DNA from: Diplonema japonicum | Lineage: Eukaryota > Protista > Euglenozoa: Diplonemea | Length of the DNA stretch: 64,000 nucleotides | Assembly: GCA_964019335.1 (NCBI GenBank) | Contig: OZ025669.1 | Location: 620,001 to 684,000, forward strand | Direction of reading: 5' to 3' | Part shown: in pieces, positions 29,921 to 39,835 of the stretch | How positions within the stretch are numbered: the first letter of the stretch is position 1 | Layout: each line of letters opens with the position of its first letter | The notes under the pieces: model-generated | What the model was told of the DNA's origin: nothing | Databases searched by the model: none | What the model saw: the letters and a program-made list of their open reading frames with translations, nothing else | Made by a program: the position numbers and the translations under genes

Positions 29921-31099
29921 CTACGACCGGACAAGATCGTTGACTCTGCCCGACCAAAGGTGCGCCTCGTTGTTGAGGTCTTTGAAGGAGTAGACCCTTT
30001 TGGTGGTGTGGATGTCGAAATGAGACCCGTCGAGAGCTGTTGCGTAGGTGTCCGGTTCGACAGGGATTGTCCCCTTCACGGTGTCGGTCTCTTTGTCGAA
30101 GTAGAAAAGCCTTGGCAATGATGTTGCCACAAGCACTCTTGTTTTTGTAGAAAGATGCCGTGTCTTGGTTACAAGACCTGAATGCAGCACAAGCTCTGCC
30201 TGGTACAGAAAACGGTCGAGCTGTGTCGTGTAATCGGCGTTGATGTGCGTCACGTTGCAGAGCTCGTGTATGTTGCACCAGTCGACACTTTTGAAGTACT
30301 TGTTTTGCTGGATGACTTCCAGTGAAGGTCTGTCTTGCGGATTAGTAACTATGATACTCTGCACGAGCTCTTTAACGTCAATCGGCAGGTACGGTGGGAA
30401 CATGAAGGATGCTTGCTTGATATTGTCATAAAGCTCTATCTCACTCTGTGTACCACTAAAGGGCGGCTTCCCCACATAAACTTCATATATCACGCAACCA
30501 AGCGCCCAGACGTCGGACGGTGTGCCGGACGTGATGCCGTTGTGCAACAGCTCAGGCGGTGCGTACTCAGGGGACCCTGCAAAACCCGAGTCCGCCATCT
30601 GCGACGCTAATATCGCAGAACCAAAGTCCGCAATCTTCACATGGTTTTCGCGCGTGAGAAGGATGTTCTCCGGTTTGATGTCACGGTGCACTACTCCCGC
30701 ATCCCGAATCGCCTTGAGCCCCAAGACGATCTCCCCCAGCAGTCTTGGCACGATCCTATCGTCTGCACTGTTGACTTTCAGATACTTCAACAGGGCACTG
30801 CTGCACTCCTCCATGCAAATATATGTCACAACGCTCTCCTCCCAGCACCCTAACACTGAGATGAGGTTTGGATGTCGTGTGTTTTTCAGCTTCAGCAAGA
30901 TTTCTATCTCTCTTTTCGGGTCGGCATTTTCCTTTGCCAGCGCTCGGCCTCTTTTCAACCCACCCTTGTCAACTACCTTTATCGCAACTCTTGCATTTGA
31001 AGCCTTGTGCAGCCCTAAGACTACGGTACTATTACTTCCACCTCCCAATCGTTTGCTGTGGTACACTGAAAAGCTTTCCTTCCCATCCAAAACGGGCAT
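29921..31099 (-). CDS. PDK1-like Ser/Thr kinase with C-terminal PH domain
   Basis: LGGGSNS, VAIK, HRDIKPEN, DFG, FAGSPEYAPPE; C-terminal G.V.K...STKTRVLVATSLPRLFYFD...VKGTIP resembles the PDK1-type PH domain. Confidence 0.85.
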   Translation of the reverse strand: MPVLDGKESFSVYHSKRLGGGSNSTVVLGLHKASNARVAIKVVDKGGLKRGRALAKENADPKREIEILLKLKNTRHPNLISVLGCWEESVVTYICMEECSSALLKYLKVNSADDRIVPRLLGEIVLGLKAIRDAGVVHRDIKPENILLTRENHVKIADFGSAILASQMADSGFAGSPEYAPPELLHNGITSGTPSDVWALGCVIYEVYVGKPPFSGTQSEIELYDNIKQASFMFPPYLPIDVKELVQSIIVTNPQDRPSLEVIQQNKYFKSVDWCNIHELCNVTHINADYTTQLDRFLYQAELVLHSGLVTKTRHLSTKTRVLVATSLPRLFYFDKETDTVKGTIPVEPDTYATALDGSHFDIHTTKRVYSFKDLNNEAHLWSGRVNDLVRS

Positions 31100-31145
31100 G
31101 TTCCCTCCTGTTGTGGGTTACAGTCTGTAATAAGGGCAAACACAT

Positions 31146-31433
31146 TTAAACTGGCGAATCTCTTGGGATGAAGTCTCTCAGTATTTTAGGCATGGGTTTC
31201 TTATCAATATAAAATCGCTTGTAAACAGTAGCACAGGTCAACAGCACGCCCAACAGCAAGAACCCACCCAGCATGTTAGGTAAGGGGTACCTCCCGTTTA
31301 CGGTGTGGTGCCTGAAAAGTCGACCAGCACCCACAGCAATAAGCAACAAGATAAACATAACACCTGCTATCCACATGGCGGAGTCATCTCTAGGTGGTGG
31401 TGGGGTCACTCGCTTCTTCGAAAACCTAGACAT
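31146..31433 (-). CDS. Small two-TM membrane protein
   Basis: Two hydrophobic helices; start placed at MSRFSKK after a CAG. Confidence 0.65.
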   Translation of the reverse strand: MSRFSKKRVTPPPPRDDSAMWIAGVMFILLLIAVGAGRLFRHHTVNGRYPLPNMLGGFLLLGVLLTCATVYKRFYIDKKPMPKILRDFIPRDSPV

Positions 31434-31674
31434 CTCCCCCCTCCTGAAGGAATGTAGTATAAAACAAGAGCACAACGGTAAGCTGTCCAAGACCTTCACA
31501 AACTGTCTGATAGAGTGAGTGAATGAATGAAATTAAGTGGATAGATTTTCTGGTGGACGACAAGAATTTTTACATTCTGCTCATTCCCTCGCTAGGCTAT
31601 TTAAGTTAACACGGCTCGCATGCTCGCTACTGTCGGCACGCACCTGGTATAGAACCAGAGTATTGAACAGCTGG

Positions 31675-34144
31675 TCAGTTGCCCCACGTGGACATGTCGG
31701 ACCTGATGAAGCTCCCCCCCCATGTGGTGGTCGTTGTCGTGGTTGTGGTAGTGGTGGTGAAGGGCGGGTCTGGCCGAGGGACGAAGTTGTCTGGTGAGAA
31801 CGAGAACAAAGACTGGCTGGAAGGTACGGCCTGTGTGTGACATCCTTTGTTTGTTGGTGTACATACGAAAGGGCTTGCGTCCGCGGGGGGCGACTGCTGT
31901 TGGGCCGAGTGCTGGGGCGGAGGTGGAGGCGGCTGATAATCATGGCCTTGTTGCCCCCGCTCTTCTTCAGGGGGGATGAAAGTTGCAGTAGGTGGTCTCT
32001 CGGTTATCTGTGCTGCGTAGCTCTGGAAAAGACCCACATCAAACAGAAAGGAGGAGTCAGAAGCATTTTGCTGCGTGAGCGGTGGTGAGGAAAGGATATT
32101 AATATCTTCTGGTTGCGGTACAGGTGTTGGCGAAGGGGCAGCCACCTTGGGCGCCTGCCCTGAAGCGTCTGCCGCGATGGTTGACACATCTAGAAGCGGT
32201 GGCATCTCTTTCTGGGCTTTCTTTCGCTTCTGTAGTTCTATTTGTTGTAATTGATTCTTCCTTATGAGTTCCTCTTCTTTTTTCCTCCGCTGTTCTTGAT
32301 CCCGCCTTCTTTTTGTTTCTTCTTCTCGCTTGAGACGCTGCAGTTCCTCCTCTCTTTTCTTTTTTTCAGTTTGCTCCTTCTTCTTCCGTCGCTGCTCTTC
32401 CTTTTCCTGTTCTTTTCGCATGCGCTCCTTTTCGCGTTGTTCTTTTTTGCGCTCTTCTTCTTTTTGTCTTTCAACTTTTGCTTTTCTGTCCTCCTCCTCT
32501 CTTACTTTACGGTCAAGCTTTTCGCGCTCCCTGATCTGCGCCTCTCGTTCAACCCTCAACCGCTCTCTTTCATCAGCCTCGCGAAGCTCTCTTTCTCTTC
32601 TTTCTCGCTCTTCTTTTTCCTTCCTTTCTCTCTCCCGCTCCTTCCGGTCGCGCTTTTCCTTTTCTTTTTTCTCTTTTTCGTCCCTCAGCCGTGTGGCCTC
32701 CAACAAGTCTCTCTCCCGCCGACTTCTGGCTTCTTCTTCTTCTTGTATTCTTTTGTTTTCAATCTCGCGTTCGGCTTTACTAACCTCCTCAACCTGTGAA
32801 CGTGTCTGGTGATAGCTGCATACCGCTCTGTCAGGGTCAGCTAGGAGTAAGTCCATAAAGCTGGCGATGTGCTTGTCAGTATCTGGAGGAGCCGCGGCTT
32901 TGGGAACAGGCTTCGAACTGCCCTTCTTTTTCTTCTTCTTCTTCTTCTGGGAATTGGCCACACCAGACAAGGCGCGCCGCTGACGGTCTCGAATAGACTT
33001 CTCGATGTGCTCCTTCACCTCAGCAACTTCGGGAATACTGAAAATCTTCTCAAGCAGTGTCAATGCGTCGCTATTCGTTGGATGCAACGAGAGGAGTGTC
33101 CCCAAGTCCAACAGTGCCTCGTGGGCTTTATTAAGCTCGTGGTACGCCTGAAAATTGTTGGTGTTCTGTCTCGGGACATACCCTTGCTCTTCTGTAAAGT
33201 CCCTTGATATCATTAGGCTTCGGGGTCAGCACTTGCGTGCAGTCAAGAACTGCCGAAGAGAGGCGCTCACTTCTCTCCTCCTCGTCGCACATCCCCTGTT
33301 GTGTTCTGTGAAGTCGGCAACATACCTCTCCAGCGATGAACAATGAGCAGAGTGCCCTGTTGCTGAAATAGGTGAGCCGTGACTCGTCAAGGGGGGTGGA
33401 CACCTCAATCGCTTCGCTGTATTTCTGGTGCGCCTCGCGCCAGTGCTTCATGCGGAAGAGGCAGTTGCCTTCTTCTTTTATTTTCACAGCCCGTTCGATG
33501 GATCGTTTGAATTTATCTTCGCTTTGAAGCGCCGCCTTTACGGTGGTGAGGGAGGGGGGTGTCAGACTTTTGGAGATAGAAGTCATGCCCACCACGGTGA
33601 GCCGTTTGAGGAGGTGGTTGAAGGCCGACCAGAGGAAGACACACAGCGCGTATCCTGAGATGGACGAGACGCCGCACAGCTGCACAGCAGAGCTGGCGAT
33701 TTCGGGTGCGTTGGGAGAGGAGATGTCGGTGAAGCAGTAAACTGACTCGTCATACTCCACTCCATAGCAGCCCAGAGACATGTCGGGGCTTCGTATACAC
33801 GCTTGAAGTACAGTAGAGTCGAACACAATGTGACCCTTGCTGTCGCTAGCGAGGAGCACAGTGTCAAAGAGATGCCGACTACACAGCAATGTTGCTGCTA
33901 AGTCCACGGGTTCAAGAAACACCTGAAAGCTCACAACACAATGTCCTTTTCCCCACCCTTTCTCCGCTTCCTTTCTGTATCTCTTCGAAAACATCTCCGC
34001 AAGCTCAAACAACACACCCTTTTCCTCTATCTGCAGCACTTCCGCCTTTTGCTCATGGGGCATCTTGGACCATAGCTTCAGAACCATTTCAGCCTCCATG
34101 CCAGGTGGCAGGTGGTATCGGGAAGGCGCCGATAACGGTGCCAT
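31675..34144 (-). CDS. TPR-domain protein with charged coiled-coil/SAH region; joins ORFs 33131-34189 and 31675-33213 via intron 33148-33181 (probable second intron 33296-33325)
   Basis: Removing the 34-nt GTATGT..TTTCAG gives KGLYRRAR|AYHELNKAHEALLDL, completing a TPR triad (KEEGNCLFR..YSEAI..YFSNRALC). Confidence 0.85.
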
Positions 34145-34332
34145 TACGAAGGTCCGCCTAAATGAGGTAATAATGAAGAAAGAAATCAACGATTCAAGAC
34201 AGAATACTAACCAAACGATACAACGCCTAATGGCAAGCTACAAACCACAAGTACTTTTACAGAGGGTGGAACTTCTACGTTCTTTATATCAGCACACTTC
34301 AAATGTTGAATACAAAGTAACTAAAATACAGT

Positions 34333-37300
34333 CTACCTGGGGGAGGCCCCCAGGGAGTGGGGGGTCGGTGTGACAAGCGAGGGCGGGGGGAGGTGCATCC
34401 TGGATAGCTCGGAGTTGATGTCCTCGGTGATGTTCATGGGGAGTGAGAAGTCGGGGGCGGCATCCTGTCTCGTTGGTTGTGCACGGAGACGCTCAAGCAG
34501 CTTACTCAGCTGGATGATGTCAGCAGCTTTCGTGGAGATGCCTTGGTTGCTTGTGTGAGGTACACTCACTAGATTTCGGATCTTTTCGTGTGCCTGTCGC
34601 AAGCACGCCACATGATCTACACGAGCTCTGATCGCTTCTTGGACTCGGGCACCTGCATCGGTGGCTCTTGATGTAAGGTCATATTCAAGTGTTTCCCGCC
34701 TGCTGCTCACTTCCTCGAGAAGCTCGTTTGTTCGTAACCTGATTTGTCGCCTAGCTCTCTGCTCGGCTTCCCTCACTGTTCCTGCCTGTCGCTGCAACTG
34801 TCCGAGGCCTGTTTCCGATGTGGCAAGCTGTGTTGCCACTTGCTTCTCGTGGACCACAAGGTGGTTTCTCATCTTGAGTAGCAACTCATTCAAGGGCTGA
34901 CACTTCTTCCCCATGTGTCTTCCGACAGAAGCACACCTCGGGCACGTCAGCTCCTCATCGTCGACGCAATACAAGCAGAGTTCTTGCTTAGGGTGCAGAG
35001 GACACATTACAAGAGCTTCCTCCGTACGTGACTTTCCTTCAGTGAGGTTGCCAATCTTCACAGGTGTGTAAGGCTCTCTTCCGGGCGTCACGGGATTTGT
35101 GTAAGTGAGCTGTATCGGGGCCGCCGGTGCCGGTGAAGGCGAGAAAACCACGGGCAGACTGATAGCGGAACCTGCAGGCTGCGGCATCTTGACCGTCAGG
35201 TAGACAAGATAACGCGGGATGACTCTTTCGTGGTCTGTGAGGATGTACTTTGTCGCTGTCTTCGATTCACCGCTGGAGTCTACGTAAAGGTAGTCAACAC
35301 CGATGCAGTCTGCTTGGTAAGCAGCGCCCTTGGGTGGGTTGGGCGGACCGCAATATTTTGTCACCTGTTTGTACAAGGCAGAGGTTGATGAAGGGGCCAC
35401 ACGGTGCACCCGGCCAGCGACGACTTCACATAAAAGAAGCATTACCGTCTCGCCTGTCCCGCCACCCTGCATGGCGGCCTCGATATTGGCTTCTGTACTG
35501 AATTGCAGAACCTTACTCCTCCTCACTTCTGCTGTGAACCCACTCTGCATGACCTCATTCACACCTGGCATTGAGGGCCCAGAGTAATATAGCACCTTAG
35601 GGGTACTTCCGAACCTCGATCTGGTTTTGTTATACTTAGAACTCATGGCCTGCGAGGGAGTAATCTGCACTATGCGACGCACCTTTGTTATTGTTAGTGA
35701 TTCAAAGGGAAAAAAGAAAGAAAAATTCGATAAAGTTTCGGTGTGAAGGTGTGCTCACTGAAAACAAAAACGCGTACCTCAAAGCTTCCGTCACCGCATG
35801 TCGTCGTGTGCCGCAGCACCTCGCTCACCATTATGAAGTCCTGCGCGTTCTTGTCTAACACAACTCGTTTGCCTTTTAGCTTGCTTGCCTCGTCAGCGTT
35901 GTCACCCCGGGGCGAGTTTAGGTCCATGAATTCTGGCTCAGCTTGTGGTTCCATCTTAGGGGTCGGTGCAGCTGCTGATTTTTTCGGCTTCGGTGTCTTG
36001 GGCGTTTTGGGAGTTTTAGGCGTAGTCGGGGTCTGGAGTAGTTTGTCCTTATCGTGCTTAAGGTGCCACAAGTTTACTAAACGCATGGCGGACAGCCTAC
36101 TAAAAGCCAAGTTTTCAGTAAGAAGGTTCATAAGCTGGTCGTCAGTGGCATGACTTATGTCCTCCGTACTAGCACCGTGCTCTGCAAGGGTTTGCTTGAA
36201 CGTTTCCCACAACTCTTCGTTGTTTCGGCTCGAGGGTGTCGCCGGTGTGTGTACCTGCGGTGTGGGAGGTTCCTTTATTTTTTCGCTCTCCTTCTGTCGT
36301 TCGATGTGCTTGCAGAGTTCTTCCATCTGTGCCTTCTGCATGGCTGCCATCTCTATCGCGGTCTTGCGCTCTAGGCGTCTTTCTTCAATGCTCTCCCTCT
36401 TTGAGCTTTCAGTGTCTTCTATGTTGCTTCTGTGGGACAGCTCCGCCTCGATCAGCAGGGGCTGTCTTTCCTGTATCCACCTTGCTTCACGGAGACGTTG
36501 TTCTTTCAGTTCCTCTTCTTTCCGTTTTTGTTCTTCGTCTTCCTTCTCTTGTTGTCGCTTCTGTTCTTCCCGCTTTTCTTCCTCCTCTCGCTTTTTTTTT
36601 TCACGCTCTCGTTCTTGTGCTTTCTCCTCTTCTAGTTTTTTGTGATCCGCTTCCTCCTGCTGTTTACGCTCTGCTTCTTCCGCTTGTTCGCGTTCTGTTC
36701 TCTGCTTCTCTTTCCTAGCCTCTTCAGCTTCTTTTAGCTTTTTAGCTGTTTCTTCTGCTGCTTTCTTTTCCGAATCATCTTCCTTTTCCACCCCGTTGGA
36801 CTCAGTCTCAAGGCGCTCCGTATGCTCGGAAGCAGCTGACATTCTTCTCTTCTGATCACTGCGCAATGACACCGCAATGTCAGACCACTCGGCCTCTGTG
36901 ATGTTCGGTGAGCCATGTTGCAGGATTCTTTCTACATATTCAGAGACAGGTGCACCCAATGAGGTATCGCCCTTAGATAGCGCGTGCAAGTACGTCACAA
37001 GCTGCTCAGTAGTCACAGAGCCCCGCCCCCTTGACACAGCTTGGAAATGCCTTTTTAAAGGATCTTGTGGATACGCGGGCGACCCTGGCAGAGAGCCAAC
37101 ACTGCTGCCGGTACTAATCTTCTTAACGTTCAGATAATTCAACAGAATCGTAGACGCCGGTTGATCGTTCACAGCATGGAGAGAGACCCTAATGGCCTGC
37201 GGGCGTGGGTTCTCAGGATTCTTGTCGTAGTCTACCACAACACCTGTTCGACCGTTTAACTTGACATTAGAATGTCCCCGTACTTCCACTTGTGACTTCA

Positions 37301-38318
37301 GCGGGGGTAAGAGCTTGAGCCGTGCCTTTTCATAGGGTGCAGTCCTGTGCGTGTTCTCCCATAAAGGGTCCGGTCTCACGACTATCTTATCTCCTTGCGG
37401 CTCGACAATCACACCGCGTGCCTTCTGCTCGCCTGGCTTCGTTGCTGTAATGAACACTGTGCGCCCAGGTGTGAGCATTTCAGTGGAAAGGTTAGCGCCT
37501 GCCAAGCTCATGGAGGGGCTGTTCATCACGGTATTGACGAAGGAGGTTGCTAAAGTGTTCGCGAGGGGAAGCCCTCTACCACGTCCTCTGCCCCCCGGCC
37601 CCACAGGTGTTGGGGGAAGTGAGTTTGGCCCCTTTCCCTTAAATGTGGTTGAGACAAGGGCTTGCGCAATTGCACTTGCGCCTGTAGTGGAACCCGTCGC
37701 TGAACCCCTCCTCCCAGACGAAGGTGTACCAGCAAGTGATAAACCCTTACCTCGACCCCTTCCAGAACCGGCTGGCGATGGCTTCAGACCAGCCAGAAGT
37801 TGTCCCACGGGAGTGCCCCGTCCAATTCCCGGCGAGCCTGGTAGTGAGCCCTTTCCAACTGGCGTAGACGGGACACTGCCCTGTCTTTTGGTGCGTGCCT
37901 GTTGTAGGTGCGCCAGGGCACCTGCTAGACCATCCCCAGAAGCAGGTGTTTTCGGTGTCCTTGGTGGTCCCTGAGACGTTTGCGATGCGTTCAGCCTGCT
38001 CACTGGCGTTGCCGGAGTTGTTCCCAGCTCCTCTTTAGGTTTGCGGGGTTCACGGGGCTCCTTTGGAGGTTCAGGTTTTTTGGTTTTTTCCTTGACTGTG
38101 CTGTCATCTTTATGGTTTTTGTCTTTTTCTTCTTTATCTTTATCCCTTGACCACCACCGCTTTTTCTTCTTCTTATCCTGCGTTTCGCTCTCGTCTCCTG
38201 ACTCCTCGGCTCTTTCTTTTTTTGATTTCTTCTTTTCTTTTTTGCTCTTCTTCTCTCCCCTAGTCTCCTGTGTTTCTTCGTCGTCTGAGTCACGTTTCTT
38301 CTTGCTAAAGAACTTCAT
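34333..38318 (-). CDS. Multidomain protein: basic/Pro-rich N-terminus, SH3/KOW-like, EF-hand-like, coiled coil, degenerate PARP-catalytic-like domain, B-box zinc finger, coiled coil; ORFs joined via 95-nt intron 35683-35777
   Basis: Intron GTACGC..CACTAACAATAACAAAG (CTAAC branch point) joins SFE|VRRIVQI; MLLLCEVVAGR and YILTDHERVIPRYLVYL are PARP-like; CPLH..LYCVDDEELTCPRC...H is a B-box. Confidence 0.75.
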
Positions 38319-38424
38319 CTTAGCAGCAAGGTACTAACGATGATTTTATCTTGCACTAGTGTCCGTACATGTTGTCACCTAGTCTGCTTGTCAACTGCGG
38401 TGCGAGTAAATAAGTACTAAGTGT

Positions 38425-39108
38425 TTAGATACAAGGGTTGGAAAACCCTTGCCATGGTGTGACAAGGTCGGTTGCAGCAGCGTAGGGTGTGTGGGACGCA
38501 GTGACATCAGAGGACTCTTCCCTGCGGCTGGAGATACTTTTGATGAACGTCGAGAACCCTAAGGCAGAGAGGGTGAGTGGTCTAGAAGGTGGTGCGGGAG
38601 GTGGTAAGCTGCTAGATATAGATAGAGATAGTGAGAGCATCTCTTGCTCACATGTGAGCAGGGTCTGTCTGCCGCACTCCACTTGCTTAGGTGACGCATG
38701 TGGTGTTAAGAACTTCGCGAGCTTCGCGTACAGTCTTCGCTTTGTGATTGCTTGCGCCCTTCGAAAGCCGCTCTCGAGAACATGCAGATCTTCCGACTTG
38801 ATTTTCACTTTTACAGCTGCCATACCATTCCTACATGACTCACACCTGGCTTGTCCTTCGATCCATGGCCCTTCCGCCCATCTTTCGTCATAACACTCAG
38901 ACAAGCCCTTCACCTTTCCCGGAACACCAAATGACGACGTTTGAATGCTTGCATCAACACCACGTGGCACTATGACTCGCCCGAGCCTTTCTGAGACCAT
39001 TTGTGCCTCGTTGCCTCCCCTTCTGAGCACCCTCTCGACCAGAGATATAGCAGACGCCAACGAGGAGCTTGCTCCCCCTGTTCTGATACATGGCAGCCGG
39101 TGCGGCAT
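38425..39108 (-). CDS. Hypothetical protein
   Basis: ORF on the cluster strand; start placed at MPHRLP after a CAG; contains a CxxC. Confidence 0.55.
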   Translation of the reverse strand: MPHRLPCIRTGGASSSLASAISLVERVLRRGGNEAQMVSERLGRVIVPRGVDASIQTSSFGVPGKVKGLSECYDERWAEGPWIEGQARCESCRNGMAAVKVKIKSEDLHVLESGFRRAQAITKRRLYAKLAKFLTPHASPKQVECGRQTLLTCEQEMLSLSLSISSSLPPPAPPSRPLTLSALGFSTFIKSISSRREESSDVTASHTPYAAATDLVTPWQGFSNPCI

Positions 39109-39232
39109 TTTGTAATGTGTAACTGCAGGTGCTTTGGCGAAAAAGTAAAATGGGCTTGTAAATGTAAAATCATGAAAAACGGAAAGGAGCTGTCTCCTCA
39201 AAGACAGGAAAACAAGAGGTTAGACTGCAGGG

Positions 39233-39664
39233 TTAGATGGAAGCAATGCGCAGTTCCAGAGAGCAGGTTGGGAGATTAGCGTTGTTGGCACTCTTACAAA
39301 GTGTCCAAAGAGGAGTATTGGCGTTCAGTGGGTACTCTGGTGCTGATTTGAGAGTGACAACCGTCTTGTCGTCAATCAGTGAGCCTACAGTGGCAAGGCC
39401 ATGCAGCCTTTTGTGTTCTCCTGGTGCTGAGTCGTTTCGTGAGATGAACAAATGCACCTTTTTGCAGGCAGGGACTTCGAAATCCAAAGAGTCATGGATA
39501 GATGCCCACCCAAAGGTCTGAGCCATCAAACTGCTGCTGACAGCACCCCCAAGCAGCAGTCCGGTGATTACGTATTTCTTCGGCCACCTCCGAATGGCGT
39601 CAGCATACACTCTGTTGCCTGCCTCTACAACCTTCTCGACGTTCTGAACAGATGCTGCTGGCAT
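39233..39664 (-). CDS. Hypothetical single-TM protein (143 aa)
   Basis: One hydrophobic segment; A-rich context before the ATG. Confidence 0.6.
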   Translation of the reverse strand: MPAASVQNVEKVVEAGNRVYADAIRRWPKKYVITGLLLGGAVSSSLMAQTFGWASIHDSLDFEVPACKKVHLFISRNDSAPGEHKRLHGLATVGSLIDDKTVVTLKSAPEYPLNANTPLWTLCKSANNANLPTCSLELRIASI

Positions 39665-39835
39665 TGTTTTCTTTTTATTTTTCTTTTCTCTTTTTTAATT
39701 CTTTTTTTAGAGTAAGGACCTATGCTGAAATGATGGCTGAAAAGTGAAAATAAACTTGTATAAACAGAAAATCAAAAAATGGCTAATGTATTCTGCGCAC
39801 TGCGCGTGGCAGCTTCACAATTGTAGAAACAATGA

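Noticed and set aside
29806-29934. Overlap between the HECT ORF start and the kinase stop
   Set aside because: The ORF-track start is an upstream extension through a pyrimidine-rich spacer; the likely start is ATG 29805 after a CAG.
33131-33213. Programmed frameshift or RNA editing between the two TPR ORFs
   Set aside because: A canonical 34-nt GT-AG intron explains the frame change fully.
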